Shown here one piece after another: positions 61,176 to 64,000 of a stretch of DNA of 64,000 nt. Made by a program: the position numbers and the translations under genes. Source of the DNA: Cyanophora paradoxa CCMP329 (lineage: Eukaryota; Plantae; Glaucophyta). The notes beneath the pieces were generated by a model, which worked only from the letters and a program-made list of their open reading frames with translations, did not search any database and had not been told where the DNA came from. Numbering within the stretch: the stretch's first letter is position 1; every line of letters begins with the position of its first letter. The stretch is from contig QPMI01000503.1 of assembly GCA_004431415.1 (NCBI GenBank), positions 1 through 64,000 on the forward strand, read 5' to 3'.

Positions 61176-62925
61176 TTAGGCCCTGTAGTAACCCCTTCGC
61201 GGCTCGCCAGCCCCATTCCGCGCTTGGCCGATTTCAGGCCCTGACGCCATCCCCGGAACACCGCCGCCAACCCCCGTGAGACCGCTCGCTCCAAAGCCTA
61301 TCCGAAAGTTGAGAGGCAAGCAGAGAAGAGTCATTTGTGCAGCGGCTCACCAAGCTGAGACATCGGTGCGCCACCGATGGGTCCATAGCTGCTGCCCATG
61401 TCTCCCATCATACCACCGGAGCCCATGCCCGTCATCGCTGCTGAAGTCATGCCCATGCCCATGCCGGCTGCACCCAAATGAGAAGAAAATGAAAACCGGA
61501 TGTGGGACGGAAGCGCGGACCACCAGACATGCCAAGGCCGCCGCCCATCATGCCGATACCAGCGCCCATTCCGCCAAGATACTCTGCTGCAAAAAGGGTC
61601 GGCAAAACAAACGGGTGCCGGGCTGGGATAACGAACCCTTCCCGACCGACCCGTAGTTGCCCATCGCGCCGTACGGGGGCATGTTCATCCCCATGCCGCC
61701 CAAACCACCCATGCCCATGGGCGCCATGGTAGAGAAGGGCGTCATGCCGTAACCCATGCCAGCCATCCCCCGACCGCCGAATCCCGCGCCAGGGTAGTAC
61801 CCAAATCCGAGGGGGCTGGGGAGCCGGCCTCCGGGACCGAGACGCGCTGCTGCCTGCGGCATGTTCTGCTTGGGCTCCGCCTTCTTTACTTCAACCTGCA
61901 GGGGATGAAATGCAATAGGAGACGGGGGATGCACGACGCAAACCAGCTTCTCCTGAATCGTGTGGCGGGGGTTCTCGATAACGCGCTCGACATCGTCCTC
62001 GCTCGCAAAGGTGACGAAACCAAAACCACTGCGTCGAAGTCAGAAAAAGCGCTACGAAGGACGAAACGGTGAGCAAAAGCGCACCGCGGCCTGCCGGTCT
62101 CGTGGTCGTGCATGATCTGGCTTTCAACCACTCGGCCAAACTGTTCGAAATACTTCCGGAAGTCCGCTGTCGCCGAGCCTGTTAGCTGGGCACGCGGCGC
62201 CAAGACAACGAAGCGAATACCCTCTGAGAGCGTGCTCGGCAGCCCGCCAACGAAAATCTTCTTTGTCTTCGGACCCCTTGCGGCCATAGCTTCTTTCGAC
62301 ACCGCCCGCTTCGCTTCGATCTGCGGAAACCACAATCAGCGGACAGAACATCAGATACGGCGCCGCACAGTCCGGACCTGACGGCCATCTAGGACGTGCT
62401 TATCGTTAAGTACCGTATCGACAACGCTGGGGTCGCTGCGAGCGCCAATCAGCCAACAGTTGTCCCCATAATGCGCAGGCTCGAGGACCTGTATGTTACA
62501 AAGCCGAAGCCTCTGCGCATGTCCAACGAAGGTTAATGGCAAGAATAGAAGAACGAAGCGCCCGGGGATGGCCTGCAGACCTGGGATGTCCTGTTGCTTT
62601 GTCCTTCATGATCACACAGTCTCTGTTCGCGGGAGGCGCGGTTCACACGGCCATTCCCGCACATGCATCTAACAACAACGCACATGATCTCTCCATAGCG
62701 CCCGAAGTACTCCCGAAGGGTCCTACGCGCAACGAATGACCACAACGCGAGTCGAAAGGACATGGGGCACGCTCACTCTTCGGAAGTCTCCCATGACAGA
62801 CCTGCATCATTGCATCGAAATGTACGCAGTGAGCGAAGGCGCCGTGCGGGCCGGGCTTTGTGGCAAGGCCGAGCTCGAGGGAGCGCGAAGCGCGTACCTC
62901 CGAGGAATATCTTCCCTTCCGTCAT
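61176..62925 (-). CDS. Two-RRM RNA-binding protein (hnRNP A/Musashi/DAZAP1-like) with Gly/Met-rich tail
   Basis: KIFLGG|LSWETSE, TKKIFVGGL, FRKYFEQFG, GFGFVTF, VEVKKAEPK. Confidence 0.92.
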
Positions 62926-63526
62926 GGCTCTGGTCCTACCTACTGCTACAGGCCTACGCCCACGAGCGGGAAAAGGTCCCGCCTAGTAATAACGAGCCGC
63001 GCGTAAGGACACACTCGTACCCCCAAGAATCGGAGGCTCGAGCCGCCGGAGCCGGCGCCCGACCATTTATCATGATCCACAGATGATTATATTCCATTCG
63101 AATTCGTACTATGCGTGCGTGTCCTGGCTAATTTTGAGTTAGCTATAGCTAGCTATGGCGCAGTAGCACATGTACAGCTAGCTCCATGGCCAGATCTATA
63201 GATTCGTCAGCACACGCCAAGAAGAGCTCGAGGATGCGCATGCGCAGCTGCATAAGTCAAGGATCAAGAGTTCTCTGCTTGCATTGATCTAGGCACAAGT
63301 ACATTCGTGTAATCTTCCAAGCATCATGCAGCTAGCTAAGTTCCCCCTCGCATCTTGCAGCTAGACAAGAATTACGACTACGATCAGCTCCAAGCATCAG
63401 CTAGACAAGAATTACGACTACGATCAGCTCCCGGGTCCCGCTCCATAGCGACCGCGGTCAGGCGTCGCCGTCGGAGTGGTCCCGCGCGCCCGTAGCTTAG
63501 AAAGAGCAGTGCGCTAATCGTAATTT

Positions 63527-64000
63527 TCACTTCGCAAGGAGAGTCAGGATGCCCTGAGGACCGAACATAATCTCGTTCAGGAAGGAGAGGATGGCCACCC
63601 AGACGATGGGGCTAATATCAACTCCACCAACAGGTTGAATAACCTGCTAGGGATTAGGTGAGGCCATAGAGCACAACTGTATCCTGGTGCGAACCTTGCG
63701 AGTTGGCCGGAGAATGGGCTCTGTAGGACGGACGGCAAGAACCCAGGGCAGTTTCCCGAGATTGACTTGTGGATACCAAGTGAGGACAATGCGGACGATG
63801 AAGAGGACAATGTAGATGTTCAACGCCGGCCCCAGGATCGTAATCGCAAGCTTGGCCTGAGCGAAGTTCGTATCGAGAAGCTCGTAAAAAAGAAGCGAAA
63901 TCGTAGATCACGCACCGCGCTCCCGTCTGCCCCGGCGTCCGCGGCGAGCGCAGCGGACGGAAGCAGGAGCACCGACGCCAACGACGCCAGCGCCGCGAGC
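63527..64000 (-). CDS. CCB3: CCB3 (YggT family) cytochrome b6 heme ci assembly factor, 5' end outside the window
   Basis: LGPALNIYIVLFIVRIVLTWYPQ...PTEPILRPTRK|..PVGGVDISPIVWVAILSFLNEIMFGPQGIL (this frame is not in the ORF track). Confidence 0.9.

Overview
The window has two parts. Bases 1 to ~19.7 kb are a dense, almost intron-free block that looks like an endogenous small dsDNA virus. It carries a VLTF3-type late transcription factor, two tandem HUH (Rep-like) endonucleases, a 1703-aa fibre/coiled-coil protein with phage tail-fibre repeats, a peptidase-S74 chaperone fibre, an FN3/Gly-rich protein, two paralogous beta-rich ORFs and an HNH nuclease. Most of its genes share an upstream motif (ATTTTC(T)-N~10-16-AAATG), and its right end holds three (GGGACTT)n cassettes and a palindrome/hairpin cluster. 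VLTF3 plus two HUH proteins best fits a mriyavirus/yaravirus-like lineage; capsid and packaging ATPase genes were not recognised and may lie left of base 1. From ~19.7 to 22 kb there is a junction zone with hAT MITEs. From 22 to 64 kb there are intron-rich nuclear genes of a flagellated alga with a primary plastid: SERCA, a possible virilizer-like gene, SmD3, Tfb2, DUF3493/LPA1-like, Pdx2, shikimate kinase, SPCS3, IFT46, an IPT/TIG surface protein, CFAP96, an ATG1-like kinase, RubA, plastid rpL13, PGAP2/CWH43-N, a two-RRM protein and CCB3. Phe-initial transit peptides together with flagellar genes suggest a glaucophyte such as Cyanophora (inference). Notable host features are a transit-peptide/5'UTR module duplicated between two unrelated plastid genes, an intronless bacterial-like PDX2 whose stop codon directly abuts the shikimate kinase stop, and recurrent GC-AG introns. 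All family calls come from motif recognition by eye; no searches were run.
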